Origin: an uncultured Nitrospiraceae bacterium
GTDB lineage: Bacteria; Nitrospirota; Nitrospiria; Nitrospirales; Nitrospiraceae
DNA length: 64,000 nucleotides
Assembly: GCA_963846575.1 (NCBI GenBank)
Contig: CAWJWJ010000002.1
Coordinates: 2,336,001 to 2,400,000, forward strand
Direction of reading: 5' to 3'
In this document: positions 10,184 through 20,868 of the stretch, in pieces
Position numbering within the stretch: position 1 is the stretch's first letter
Layout of the letters: each line of letters starts with the position of its first letter
Position numbers and translations under genes: made by a program
Notes under the pieces: generated by a model
What the model saw: the letters and a program-made list of their open reading frames with translations, nothing else
Told to the model about the DNA's origin: nothing
Databases searched by the model: none

Positions 10184-11236
10184 ATGCCACGAGGCCGATC
10201 CCGCCGGACCACCCCCGTCGGCAGCGAATTCGAATTGATCCGCCGCCTGCAGACGCAGGCGGCCGGTCAGGACCGCCAGGTGTTTCAGGGGATCGGCGAC
10301 GACACCGCGGTGATCAAAACCTCGGCCTCTGAATGGACCCTGCTCACGACGGACCTCCTGGCGGAAGGGATCCATTTCGATCCCGCCCTGTCCTCCTTCG
10401 AAGACATCGGATACCGGGCTGCCATCGCCAATTTGAGCGACATCGCCGCGATGGGCGGCACTCCTCGCTTCATGCTCGTCGCGATTGCCATTCCCCCGAC
10501 CTGTTCCGAGGGACAGATCGAACGGCTCTACCGCGGTATGCTGCAAGCTGTCCGTCCCCATCGCGTCTCGCTCGTCGGCGGGGACACGTCGGCTTCCCGA
10601 CGCGGACTGTTTCTCAACATCATGCTCACCGGAGTTGTGAAACCCAGACAGGCTTTGCTGAGAAGCGGCGCCGGCGTCGGTGATCGGCTCTACGTCACAG
10701 GAACGCTCGGCGACTCCCATGCGGGGTTGAAGGTCTTGACCAAGCGGACACGCGGAGGACGTACGATTCTGCCGCCACCTCAGGTCCGGTGGCTTCTGGC
10801 GCGGCACCATCGACCGTCCGCCCGGGTCGAAGAAGGTCGCTGGCTCGTCAAACATGCCCTCGCCACCGCAGCCATTGATGTGTCGGACGGTCTCAGCGGG
10901 GACCTCCGTCATCTGTGCGAAGAAAGCGGGGTCGGGGCCGACATCGTGGCAGGTGCGCTTCCCCTCTCTCAGGCCTGTCTGGCCTATGCGGCCGCACAGC
11001 ATCTCGACGCACGGGAGCTCGCGTTGCAGGGAGGAGAAGACTATGAATTACTGTTCACGGTTCCTCTCCGTAAGCAGTCACGATTCGAGCGGTTGGCAGC
11101 AGCCGCCCCGTTCCGGTTTACCTGTATCGGATCGATCACTCCACGTCGGTCCGGCCTGCGGATTCGGAGCGACGACGGTGCGTTCGCCGCTCTTCCGATC
11201 ACGAGTTACGAACATTTTCTCAGACCCTCGTCATAG
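10184..11236 (+). CDS. thiL: Thiamine-monophosphate kinase
   Basis: [32 protein letters not shown] and GGEDYEL motifs. Confidence 0.96.
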   Translation: MPRGRSRRTTPVGSEFELIRRLQTQAAGQDRQVFQGIGDDTAVIKTSASEWTLLTTDLLAEGIHFDPALSSFEDIGYRAAIANLSDIAAMGGTPRFMLVAIAIPPTCSEGQIERLYRGMLQAVRPHRVSLVGGDTSASRRGLFLNIMLTGVVKPRQALLRSGAGVGDRLYVTGTLGDSHAGLKVLTKRTRGGRTILPPPQVRWLLARHHRPSARVEEGRWLVKHALATAAIDVSDGLSGDLRHLCEESGVGADIVAGALPLSQACLAYAAAQHLDARELALQGGEDYELLFTVPLRKQSRFERLAAAAPFRFTCIGSITPRRSGLRIRSDDGAFAALPITSYEHFLRPSS

Positions 11237-11254
11237 ATGCAGCACTGACCACCC

Positions 11255-11734
11255 ATGACAAACGTTCGGGCACTGTTACGTCAGGTTCTTCATCTCCATG
11301 AATCACCCCATCGCACGGCCCTAGCGTTTGCCATAGGCGTCTTCATCGGGTTTTCGCCCGCCTACGGTCTCCATATGCTCCTGGTGGGGTTCTGTGCCTG
11401 GGCCTTCGGATTGAATCTCATCGCGCTGCTGGCCGGTGCCTTCCTCAACAATCCCTGGACCCTGATTCCCATCCTCGGAGGAACCTACTGGACCGGCGCG
11501 ATGTTGCTGGGCGTACATGACTTTCCGTCCTTTGATTGGAGTGACCTCACCTTCATGGGGATCTATCATCAGGTGATGCCCTATGCCTGGCCGTTCTTCG
11601 TCGGGGGAATGGTCCTGAGCATCGTCGGCGGTCTCCTGGCCTATCCGATCGCGTATGCGCTTCTTAGCAAATATCGCCCCGGCAGACCGATCGAAGGCCC
11701 CGGAGCGTTGCCCCCTCCGCCGGGGCTGCGTTAA
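11255..11734 (+). CDS. DUF2062-like membrane protein
   Basis: SPHRTALAFAIGVFIG...NNPWT pattern with hydrophobic helices. Confidence 0.75.
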   Translation: MTNVRALLRQVLHLHESPHRTALAFAIGVFIGFSPAYGLHMLLVGFCAWAFGLNLIALLAGAFLNNPWTLIPILGGTYWTGAMLLGVHDFPSFDWSDLTFMGIYHQVMPYAWPFFVGGMVLSIVGGLLAYPIAYALLSKYRPGRPIEGPGALPPPPGLR

Positions 11735-11757
11735 GATCGACAGACCGCAACCGAGTT

Positions 11758-13179
11758 ATGAAATTACCGCCCGCACATCCTCCAGGTCCTTACGATGGGT
11801 CGGCCCTGATCGCCGACCCCATCCACGAATATGTGACGTTCACAGTTCCCTATGCCACGCTGGATCCCTCGGAACGCACCGAGAAAGACCTGATCGATTC
11901 GCCCTGGGTGCAGCGGCTGCGGTATATCTACCAACTGCAGAGCGCCCGATGGGTCTATCCGTCGGCGGAGCACACTCGTTTTGTGCACTCGCTCGGCACC
12001 ATGCATGTCGCCGGACGGTTCGCGCGCCATCTCTATCCGTTTCTGCAGAAAGCCGCGCCCGACGTCCCTTCGGCCGCCTTCGTCGAGGAGTTTTTACGGA
12101 TCACCGCCCTCGTCCATGACATCGGTCATGGTCCCTTCTGCCATTTTTTCGACGATAACTACCTGCACGGTTTCGGCCTCTCTCACGAAAAGCTGGGCCA
12201 AATCATTGTGCGCGAGCATCTAGGGCCTCTCATCAGGAAAATCCGCCGCAGCCCGTCAGGGCCTTTCGCCCGGGGCGAAGAATTGAATCCGGATCTCATT
12301 GCGCACGTCATCTTGAAGGAAAAGGGAAAAGATAATTCTCGGATTCCCCGTTGGATCAACTTCCTGCAACCGGTCATTTCAGGAAGTTACACCGCAGACA
12401 ATCTGGATTATGTACTGCGGGACGCCTACATGTGCGGCGTCGCCGTCGGACCGGTCGATCTGACCAGGCTGATCCACTACACGATCGTCACCAACAAGGG
12501 GTTCACGATCCACAAGACCGGCTTGCCGGCCCTGCACATGTTCCTGAACACGCGAATGTACCTGTACTCAAACGTGTACTATCACCGGACGACCAGAGCC
12601 ATCGACATCCACCTGCGCGACATCTTCGGGGACACCATGAAACTGCTCTTCCCCTCTAATCCGGCCAAACACATGGACGAGTACCTCACCCTGACGGACT
12701 GGTCGCTGCTCGAAGACGTTCGGCGCTGGAAAAAATCCCGTCGGAGCAGCCTCCGGCGGCTGCATCAGGAGTGGGCCCACATTCTCGGACGGGATGTGAA
12801 ATGGAAGATGGCCTATAGCACGGTGCTCAAAGAAAAAGGCATCGAACGGGGCATGGACTTCCCCAGCCACGAACAATTCCGACAACACATCAGAACCGCG
12901 CTGCCGGCCAAACTCCAGGGACTGCCATTCCGCGTCGATATGGCGCCGCTGGACCCGCGCCCGGATCCAAAGGACACTCGGGGCATCCCGCTCTTCGTCT
13001 ACGACCCGGGCACAAAAGGTCTCTCGACCGAGCCGTTGGAAGAGTTTCTCGATCTACTCCCCACCCGTCTGGTGCAATTCCGAATCTATGCGTTGGACCA
13101 CGAGCATGATGCCGCGCTCTCCACAGCCGCCGCGACCGTCCTGAACAAGACCGCCTCGAGCATTGAAACCAATTTTTGA
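11758..13179 (+). CDS. HD-superfamily phosphohydrolase (dNTPase/YdhJ/SAMHD1-like)
   Basis: DPIH, QRLRYIYQL, HTRFVHSLG, HDIGHGPF, DNLDYVLRD and VYYHRT motifs. Confidence 0.9.
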   Translation: MKLPPAHPPGPYDGSALIADPIHEYVTFTVPYATLDPSERTEKDLIDSPWVQRLRYIYQLQSARWVYPSAEHTRFVHSLGTMHVAGRFARHLYPFLQKAAPDVPSAAFVEEFLRITALVHDIGHGPFCHFFDDNYLHGFGLSHEKLGQIIVREHLGPLIRKIRRSPSGPFARGEELNPDLIAHVILKEKGKDNSRIPRWINFLQPVISGSYTADNLDYVLRDAYMCGVAVGPVDLTRLIHYTIVTNKGFTIHKTGLPALHMFLNTRMYLYSNVYYHRTTRAIDIHLRDIFGDTMKLLFPSNPAKHMDEYLTLTDWSLLEDVRRWKKSRRSSLRRLHQEWAHILGRDVKWKMAYSTVLKEKGIERGMDFPSHEQFRQHIRTALPAKLQGLPFRVDMAPLDPRPDPKDTRGIPLFVYDPGTKGLSTEPLEEFLDLLPTRLVQFRIYALDHEHDAALSTAAATVLNKTASSIETNF

Positions 13180-13403
13180 CGGAATCAGCAGGAGGGAACG
13201 GGCCGACCCGGAGCCTGGCGACGGGTTTCCCCACCCATGTTTCGCCGTTCCTTCCTCCTTGTGAACATTAAATTAAGACTAGGACATTCCCTAGGGCACA
13301 TCGCATCTGCCTAAAACATAATGACTTCTTCATAGTCCTTTTCCGGGATCTGTGGTTGACTTAGCTCACAGCCTCACAGAATCGGCAATCGCAGAGGAAT
13401 CTT

Positions 13404-16400
13404 ATGGCCACAGCCGGTCATGCCTGGCCCATACACGAAACGAATGCCCGCCCCGTTCGCGCAATAGCTCGAGTGGCGTTAACAGGCCTCTTAGTCGCGC
13501 TGGTCTTTGTCCTCGATGCATTGACGCCCCGAGGAATTCCCATCTGGATTTTCTACCTGATTCCGCTCGTCCTCACGCATCAGATGCCTGAGAACCGGGC
13601 ACCCTGGATCCTGGCTGCCTGCTCCACCGCCCTGACACTGCTCGCCTATCTCGTCACACCAGACATGGCCGGGGTGCCGGCTTGGATCCCCCTTGTGAAT
13701 CGTTCACTCGGCGTGTCCATATTTTTCATCCTGGCCTATGTGATCATCCAACAACGACGCATGACCGAGGAACTGGTCAAGGCGACGACCCTGGAGGTGG
13801 AACACGAAGCGCTCCAGCTCAGGGAGCGACTCCTGGCTAAAAGTTCCGAGGAGTTACAAGATCTCTACGATAATGCCCCCTGTGGGTACCACTCTCTCGA
13901 TCCCAGCGGACTGCTCATCGCGATCAACCAGACCGAACTCGATTGGCTGGGTTATGCGAGATATGAGGTCGTGGGTAAGAAGCACTTTGCCGACTTTCTC
14001 ACCCCTGCAGGGGTAGAACTCTTCAAAGAGCATTTTCCCCGTTTTATGCAGGAACACCGCATCAGCGACCTGGAGTTTGAGATGGTCCGTAAAAACGGGT
14101 CGACGTTTGCGGTGCTGCTGAGCGCCACTGCCGTGACAGACCTCCAAGGCCAATTTGTGTCCAGCCGTTCCACAGTGATCGATATCACGGAGCGCAAACG
14201 CGCTGACCAGGCGTTGCGTACAAGCCATCAAGCTCTCGAAGGGTTGGTGACCGAGCGAACGGAAGCGCTCCGGCTTACCAACCAACGGCTGGAAGCGGAG
14301 CTGATTCAGACCCGCCAGGCGCAAGCGGCCCTGCAGTCGAGCGAGCTGCGATTTCGGCTGATGGCGAACCACGCTCCCGTGCTGATCTGGATCAGCGATC
14401 TCTCCAAGGGTTGCATCTGGTTCAACAAGCCCTGGTTAGAGTTCGTGGGCCGCAGCCTGCATGAAGAAACGGGACGTGGGTGGACACAGAACATCCATCC
14501 CGACGATTTCGACTATTGCCTGAAAGTGTATGACAGCTCGTTCGAGGCCAGACGGGAATTCAAGATGTCCTACCGGCTGAGGCGGCATGACGGCGAATGG
14601 CGCTGGCTGCTGGACCATGGGGTGCCGCGGGTTGATGGAGAGAATGTCTTCGTCGGTTTCATCGGCTCCTGTATCGACATTACGGAGCATAAGGAAGCCC
14701 TGGCCGCAGCCCGGGACAGCGAACAGCGGCTCAGCAGCATTTTCGGCTCAGCCATGGATGCCATCATCACCGTCAATGAACGTCAGGAGATCACGCATTT
14801 CAATGCATCCGCGGAGACGATGTTCGGATGCACGACCCAGGAAGTGATCGGCCAACCGGTGACGAGGCTGATTCCGGAACGTTTCCGGACGGCACATAGC
14901 CAGCATGTGGCGGCCTTCGGGCGGACGTCCGTGACCAAACGCCAGATGGGAGCCCTCGGGACGATCTCCGGGCGTCGATCAAACGGCGAAGAGTTCCCGA
15001 TCGAAGCCTCGATCTCTCAAGTGCTGTCCCGCGGGCAGAAACTGTACACGGTCATTCTCCGCGATATTTCACAACGGAAGCAGGCGGAAGACGCCCTTAA
15101 GGCGAGTGAAGCCAGATTTCGTGAGTTGCTGGAATGTTTGCCGCAGCTCATCTGGACTAGTGCCCCGAACGGGACGTGCGACTATCTGAGTCCGCAGTGG
15201 GTCGCCTACACCGGCATGGCTGCGGACACTCAACTGGGCAATGGTTGGCTGCAACAACTCCATCCCGACGACCGGTCCATGACGGACGAACGCTGGCACG
15301 CCGCGATCAAGTCCACGCAATCGCTCGACCTGGAATTCCGCCTTCGCGACGCCCACGGCCGGTATCGCTGGTTCCGCACCCAGGGCACGCCGATCCGGGG
15401 GGAGGACGGCCGCGTCGTAAAATGGTTAGGGACCAATACCGATATCGATGATCGGAAGCAAGCGGAGGCCGTGCAGGCTCGGCTGGGAGCCATTGTCGAA
15501 TCCTCCTCGGATGCCATCATCAGTCAAGACCTGGGCGGCCTGGTGCTCACGTGGAACCTGAGCGCTGAGCAGATGTTCGGATATCTCGCGGATGACATGA
15601 TCGGCCATCCGATCCGTCGCATCGTTCCTCTCGATCAACAACAGGAGGAGTCGCGACTCTTTGAAGAGGTCAAGGCCGGCAAACGACATCGTCAACACGA
15701 AACGCTTCGGAAACGCAAGAATGGCACCGTTCTGCATGTCTCGTTGACTATTTCACCCATTAAAAACCAGGACGGAACCGTCATCGGCATCTCGACCATT
15801 GCCCGCGATATCACGGCAAAGAAGGAGGCCGAAGAAATGCTGCAACAGCAGCGCAGGCTCCTGGAACTGTCTCATGAACCTATTTTTGCCTGGGACACAC
15901 AGAACGGCATCGCACAGTGGAACAGAGGCTGCGAACAACTGTATGGCTATACCGCGTCGGAGGCGCTCGGGAAAAACAGCCACGAATTATTGCACACGGT
16001 ATTTCCGGCTCCTGCAGCTGAAATCCGGGCGGCTTTGGATTCAGCCGGTGAATGGACGGGTGAAGTACGCCAGCGCACCAAGGCGGGGCAAGACCTCCTC
16101 GTGGACAGTCGCTGGGGCCTCCTGAAGGCCAACGGTCGCAGTCTCGTCCTGGAAACAAATCGGGACATCACCCAACGGAGGCGATTTGAAGAGACGATTC
16201 TGAAAAAAAATAAGGATCTCGAGACCCTGCTCCATGTCACCTCGCATGATTTGAAGGAGCCGTTGCGCGCGATCGAGAGCTTTTCCGTCCTCATTCAGGA
16301 ACGGTACACGGACCGTCTGGATGAAAAAGGCCAGGATTTCCTCAGACGAATCGTCCGGGCCACCCAGCGGCTCGACCAATTGCTGACCGATATTCTCAAT

Positions 16401-16922
16401 CTTTCACGTGCTCAGCGCATGGATCCACCGGCCGATGAGCTGGAATCGGAGTTGCTCGTGCAGGAAGTCCTCCGCCGCCTCGAGAGCCGCATAAAAGAGA
16501 CCAACGCGGACATCACCATTCGTTCGCCCCTTCCTCGCCTCCGGGTCAATAAGACCTGGGCCATTCAAGGTATCTACAACCTCCTCTCCAATGCCCTGAA
16601 ATTCGCCTTGCCGGAGAAATCTCCGCAGATCGAGATTGCCTCGTACCATGAGACGAATGCCGATGGGATTTCTCAATCGGGACTGGTCATACGGGACCGC
16701 GGGCCCGGAGTGGCCAAGGAACAACGGGAGAGGATCTTTGAGCTCTTCCGTCGGGCGGTCGGCCGTGAAGTGGAGGGCACCGGAGCGGGCCTCGCCATCG
16801 TCCGACAGGTGGCGGAACGCCATGGCGGGCGGGCCTGGATGAAACCCCGGGACGGAGGCGGATCCGAATTTTTCATCACGTTTCGCGTGGAACCGCACGC
16901 GGCGAAAGAGGGACCACTATGA
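13404..16922 (+). CDS. Membrane-anchored sensor histidine kinase with about 6 PAS domains
   Basis: N-terminal TM helices, repeated PAS/PAC units ending DIT/DIS/DID, H-box SHDLKEPL, NALKF, DRGPG and GTGAGL. Confidence 0.93.
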   Translation: MATAGHAWPIHETNARPVRAIARVALTGLLVALVFVLDALTPRGIPIWIFYLIPLVLTHQMPENRAPWILAACSTALTLLAYLVTPDMAGVPAWIPLVNRSLGVSIFFILAYVIIQQRRMTEELVKATTLEVEHEALQLRERLLAKSSEELQDLYDNAPCGYHSLDPSGLLIAINQTELDWLGYARYEVVGKKHFADFLTPAGVELFKEHFPRFMQEHRISDLEFEMVRKNGSTFAVLLSATAVTDLQGQFVSSRSTVIDITERKRADQALRTSHQALEGLVTERTEALRLTNQRLEAELIQTRQAQAALQSSELRFRLMANHAPVLIWISDLSKGCIWFNKPWLEFVGRSLHEETGRGWTQNIHPDDFDYCLKVYDSSFEARREFKMSYRLRRHDGEWRWLLDHGVPRVDGENVFVGFIGSCIDITEHKEALAAARDSEQRLSSIFGSAMDAIITVNERQEITHFNASAETMFGCTTQEVIGQPVTRLIPERFRTAHSQHVAAFGRTSVTKRQMGALGTISGRRSNGEEFPIEASISQVLSRGQKLYTVILRDISQRKQAEDALKASEARFRELLECLPQLIWTSAPNGTCDYLSPQWVAYTGMAADTQLGNGWLQQLHPDDRSMTDERWHAAIKSTQSLDLEFRLRDAHGRYRWFRTQGTPIRGEDGRVVKWLGTNTDIDDRKQAEAVQARLGAIVESSSDAIISQDLGGLVLTWNLSAEQMFGYLADDMIGHPIRRIVPLDQQQEESRLFEEVKAGKRHRQHETLRKRKNGTVLHVSLTISPIKNQDGTVIGISTIARDITAKKEAEEMLQQQRRLLELSHEPIFAWDTQNGIAQWNRGCEQLYGYTASEALGKNSHELLHTVFPAPAAEIRAALDSAGEWTGEVRQRTKAGQDLLVDSRWGLLKANGRSLVLETNRDITQRRRFEETILKKNKDLETLLHVTSHDLKEPLRAIESFSVLIQERYTDRLDEKGQDFLRRIVRATQRLDQLLTDILNLSRAQRMDPPADELESELLVQEVLRRLESRIKETNADITIRSPLPRLRVNKTWAIQGIYNLLSNALKFALPEKSPQIEIASYHETNADGISQSGLVIRDRGPGVAKEQRERIFELFRRAVGREVEGTGAGLAIVRQVAERHGGRAWMKPRDGGGSEFFITFRVEPHAAKEGPL

Positions 16923-17359
16923 CGATACGACCGTTCGACATCCTGATCGCTGAGGACAATGAGGACGATATCCTCTTGATCCGGGAAGCGTTCGAGGAAG
17001 TGAAGATGGTCAATCAGATTACCGTCGTAAAGGATGGCGAGGAGGCGCTGGCCTATCTGCGCGGCGAAGAACCCTACGCAAGCGCGCCGCTGCCCGGCAT
17101 AGTGTTGCTGGATATTAATATGCCGAAAAAGACCGGACTGGAGGTGCTGTCGGAGATTAAAGCCGACCATCGATTTCGCGCCCTCCCCGTCGTCATGCTG
17201 ACGGTCAGTGAACGGGACGAGGACATCATCCGCTCTTTTGAGCAGGGGGCTTGTTCCTACATCCGCAAACCCGTGACGTTTGCCAGATTTATCGCGGTCG
17301 TCAAGCAGTTCGAAATGTATTGGACGCTCGTATCAAAAATTCCCGCGCTAAAGAGGTGA
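16919..17359 (+). CDS. Single-domain response regulator (Rcp1-like)
   Basis: AEDNEDD, LLDINMP, VVMLT and YIRKP; ATGA overlap with the kinase. Confidence 0.93.
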   Translation: MTIRPFDILIAEDNEDDILLIREAFEEVKMVNQITVVKDGEEALAYLRGEEPYASAPLPGIVLLDINMPKKTGLEVLSEIKADHRFRALPVVMLTVSERDEDIIRSFEQGACSYIRKPVTFARFIAVVKQFEMYWTLVSKIPALKR

Positions 17360-17362
17360 CAC

Positions 17363-19792
17363 GTGCATGTGTTGCTGATCGAAGATAACGAGGACGACGC
17401 GGAATTGATTCGGGAGGCTCTCTCGGAGCAATCGCCGCACAGCTTCACCCTGAACTGGGCCGATCGGCTTGAAACGGGGTTTCTGAAGCTCGCACAACAT
17501 TCCGTGGACGCCGTCCTGGTGGATCTTTCCCTGCCCGACAGCCAGGGCCTGGAAACACTCGATCGAGTGCGGGCTCAGGCCCATGAGGCCCCGGTTATTG
17601 TCCTGACGGGACTGGATAACGATCTCATCGCTGAGGAATCGCTCTTGCGGGGCGCGCAGGACTATCTCGTGAAAGGCCGCTTGACGGGTGACGCATTGAG
17701 GCGCGCCATTCGCTACGCGATGGGACGACACCGCGTGGAACAAGCTTTGCGGAAAAGCGAAGAGCGCTTTCAGTTGACCTGCCTCGCGACCAGGGACGGC
17801 ATCTGGGACTGGGATATTACCTCGGGGGTTGTCTGGTGGAATGATGCCTATGAAACGGTCTATGGCTATGGGTCGAAAGATATCGGCCAGGGATGGCTGG
17901 CGTGGTCGGAGCAAATCCATCCTGTGGACCGGTCGTCGGTCATCGCCGACCTTACCCACGTGCTGCAATCCGACCAGCATCTCTGGAGCGCTGAGTACCG
18001 GTTCCGAAGAGCCGACGGCACCTATGCCTATGTGATCGACCATGGTTATGTGCTCCGTGACCACCATGGCAGACCCTACCGGATGATCGGAGCAAAGACC
18101 GACATCACGGAACGAAAACAAGCCGAGACGCTGGACGCCGTTCAACTGGCCGTGGGCCTGGCACTTGAGGAGTCTGCCTCCTTGAATGAGGCCGTGCCGA
18201 AAATCCTCCGCGCCATGTGCGAGCTTCAAGGATGGGCGCTGGGCGCATTGTGGCTGGTCGATTCCCAGGGACGGAATCTCCGTTGCGATACCCTCTGGCA
18301 CCAATCCGGGCTCTTCGTGGAGGACTTCTCCCGCCTGTATCGAACGTTACTCCTCCAACCGGGGATGGGACTTGCCGGACAGGCGTGGCAAACCGGGAAC
18401 TCCATGCCCTGCCCGGATATTCAGAGCGAAGCAGATTTTCCCGTTCTTCAAGAAGCCCGGCAGGCTGGGTTGCGCGGCGCGATCGCGTTTCCAATTCATA
18501 ACGGGAAAGATATCCTGGGCATCGTGGAGTGCTTCACCCAGGACCTGCTACGTCCGACACCCTCGCATTTAGAACGGGTGTCCGAACTGGGCGCCATGAT
18601 CAGCCAATTCGTCCGCCGGAAGGACCTCGAACGGCAGCTGCGTCAGGCGCAAAAAATGGAGGCGCTGGGCCGCATGGCCGGAGGCATTGCACACGACTTT
18701 AACAATCTTCTGACTGTGATCAACAGTTGGGCTGAGCTATTGATGGAGGAACCGGGACTCAGCACTCGAGTGCAACGGGGCGTGGCCCAAATCAAAGAGG
18801 CGGGGCACAAGGCCACCGGACTCACCCGGCAATTGCTGGCCTTCACCCGGCGCCAACTGGTGGAACGCAAAACCCTCAACCTCAATGATCGCGTGACCGA
18901 CATTGTCGAATTAATGAAACGGGTCATCGGTGAGGACATCAACCTCGTCGTGACGCTGGATCCCTCATTAGGCCTGATCAAGGCAGACCCGGGACAAATC
19001 GAACAAGTCGTGATGAACCTCGTCGTCAACGCCCGTGATGCCATGCCCCACGGCGGCCGTCTTGAACTGGAGACCACAGAGGTATCCATCGTTCATTCCG
19101 ATCCATTCTGGCCCGATCCGCTCACCCCAGGCCCCTACGTGACCTTGGTAGTCCGTGACACGGGATGCGGCATGGATGCGGATACCCTGGCTCATATGTT
19201 TGAGCCTTTTTTCACGACGAAGGAACTCGGAAAGGGAACCGGCCTGGGTCTCTCTACCGTGTACGGCATTGTCAGGCAGAGCGGTGGCACGGTGGGAATA
19301 AAAAGCGAACCGGGAAAAGGCACGAGCTTCACGATCTACCTGCCGCGTGTCGCCCAGCAGGCCGATCCACCGCGCCCGATAGTACAACCGGCCGGCATAG
19401 TCGAACGGTCGGAAACAATTCTGCTCGTCGAAGACAACGACATGGTCCGGGGATTGGCTCAGACCGTACTCGCTGCCCAAAACTACACCGTGCTATCCGC
19501 ACGTTCGGCCGAGGAAGCATTGGAAATGGCTCGACGCCAAATCAGGCCTATCGCACTCCTGCTCACCGATATGATCATGCCGGGAATGGGTGGCGCGCAG
19601 CTGGCGGCTGAACTGAGAACCCTGCAGCCCGCCATCAAAGTGATCATCACTTCCGGGTACTCGGATCGAGAGGGAAGAGTCCTGGACTACAGTGATGAAC
19701 GGACCGCTTTTCTTCCCAAGCCCTACACGCCGGACTCACTGACGAGGGCAGTGCTTGCGGCCCTGGCCCACGGCCTGAAGAGTTCAAACTGA
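17363..19792 (+). CDS. Hybrid sensor kinase (REC-PAS-GAF-HisKA-HATPase-REC)
   Basis: N-terminal REC, AHDFNNLL H-box, NARDAM, FEPFFTTK, GTGLGL and a C-terminal REC. Confidence 0.93.
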   Translation: MHVLLIEDNEDDAELIREALSEQSPHSFTLNWADRLETGFLKLAQHSVDAVLVDLSLPDSQGLETLDRVRAQAHEAPVIVLTGLDNDLIAEESLLRGAQDYLVKGRLTGDALRRAIRYAMGRHRVEQALRKSEERFQLTCLATRDGIWDWDITSGVVWWNDAYETVYGYGSKDIGQGWLAWSEQIHPVDRSSVIADLTHVLQSDQHLWSAEYRFRRADGTYAYVIDHGYVLRDHHGRPYRMIGAKTDITERKQAETLDAVQLAVGLALEESASLNEAVPKILRAMCELQGWALGALWLVDSQGRNLRCDTLWHQSGLFVEDFSRLYRTLLLQPGMGLAGQAWQTGNSMPCPDIQSEADFPVLQEARQAGLRGAIAFPIHNGKDILGIVECFTQDLLRPTPSHLERVSELGAMISQFVRRKDLERQLRQAQKMEALGRMAGGIAHDFNNLLTVINSWAELLMEEPGLSTRVQRGVAQIKEAGHKATGLTRQLLAFTRRQLVERKTLNLNDRVTDIVELMKRVIGEDINLVVTLDPSLGLIKADPGQIEQVVMNLVVNARDAMPHGGRLELETTEVSIVHSDPFWPDPLTPGPYVTLVVRDTGCGMDADTLAHMFEPFFTTKELGKGTGLGLSTVYGIVRQSGGTVGIKSEPGKGTSFTIYLPRVAQQADPPRPIVQPAGIVERSETILLVEDNDMVRGLAQTVLAAQNYTVLSARSAEEALEMARRQIRPIALLLTDMIMPGMGGAQLAAELRTLQPAIKVIITSGYSDREGRVLDYSDERTAFLPKPYTPDSLTRAVLAALAHGLKSSN

Positions 19793-19850
19793 TCGCAGAT
19801 GGCAAAAAAGAGGACGCGGCAGCTCGGCGGGATCTCAGGCGAATGAGCCG

Positions 19851-20837
19851 CTAACGTAGGTCGCCGCCGACGGATGGGGTGCTAGCGTCCGTTGAAGAGA
19901 GATTGGCCGGCGCGGCCAAGACCGACCCCGACGCGGCGGAGTTCTTGGGGAACGACAAATCCAGCAGAGTATAAGGATTCACGCGGGCGCCGTTCACCTT
20001 CATCCCCCAATGGAGATGCGGTCCCGTAGCACGGCCTGTGGCGCCGACCTTGCCGATGATCTGCCCGGCCTTGACCAGATCGCCGGCCGTAACCAGCACG
20101 TCCGACAGGTGAAAATACATCGAATAGAGGCCGAGACCATGGTCGACAAAAATTCCCCGGCCTGAAAAAATATGGTCGACGATGAGGCGCACCACCCCAT
20201 CATTGCTGGCCAATACGTCGGTACCGAGCGGCGCCCCGATGTCTTCTCCATTGTGCGGATTTCTGGCCTGTCCGTTCATGACCCGCACGCTGCCGAACAT
20301 GCCGGTGCGTTTTCCATGGACCGGTTCGATGAACCCGGACTGCCACATCCGCATGGCTGATTCCTCGGCTAAGGCCATGCGAACTTGTTCCTGCTCAGCC
20401 TTCCAGCGTGCAGTTGCCTTTGGGTCCAGATCCACCTTGTCCTTCGGCAATTTGAGATGCTCGACGGGAAATTTTTCTTTCACGACAAACACCTGGTAGC
20501 TGAAGTGCCTGGTCTGCTCTCCCAGTTGGGCATCAATCACCAGCTCATGGCCGCCCGGCTCATCCTGCAAATCAATCCCCAAAAGACCGATATATCCGGC
20601 CCCGTCCTGGCTGGCCGGATCAGGAAACAACGTGACGGTGCGTCCCAGAAACCGGCCTTTGACGGCGGTGGCGTCTTTGACGTCGGGCACCTTGATGACC
20701 ACTACCTGTCCCTGCTTTCCGCTGAATTGTCCGTCGGCGCCTGGATGGGCGGGCACCGTGTTTGGAAACAACTCAACCGGAAACACACTGGCCAGGAGGA
20801 CCACCGAAATGATGAGGAACCGATCAAACTGTGACAT
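19851..20837 (-). CDS. Exported M23 family metallopeptidase
   Basis: HNGED and TGPHLHW motifs, signal peptide; start trimmed to ATG 20837. Confidence 0.88.
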   Translation of the reverse strand: MSQFDRFLIISVVLLASVFPVELFPNTVPAHPGADGQFSGKQGQVVVIKVPDVKDATAVKGRFLGRTVTLFPDPASQDGAGYIGLLGIDLQDEPGGHELVIDAQLGEQTRHFSYQVFVVKEKFPVEHLKLPKDKVDLDPKATARWKAEQEQVRMALAEESAMRMWQSGFIEPVHGKRTGMFGSVRVMNGQARNPHNGEDIGAPLGTDVLASNDGVVRLIVDHIFSGRGIFVDHGLGLYSMYFHLSDVLVTAGDLVKAGQIIGKVGATGRATGPHLHWGMKVNGARVNPYTLLDLSFPKNSAASGSVLAAPANLSSTDASTPSVGGDLR

Positions 20838-20868
20838 GGTGGTGTCTCGATTCAGATCTTGTCCTGTC

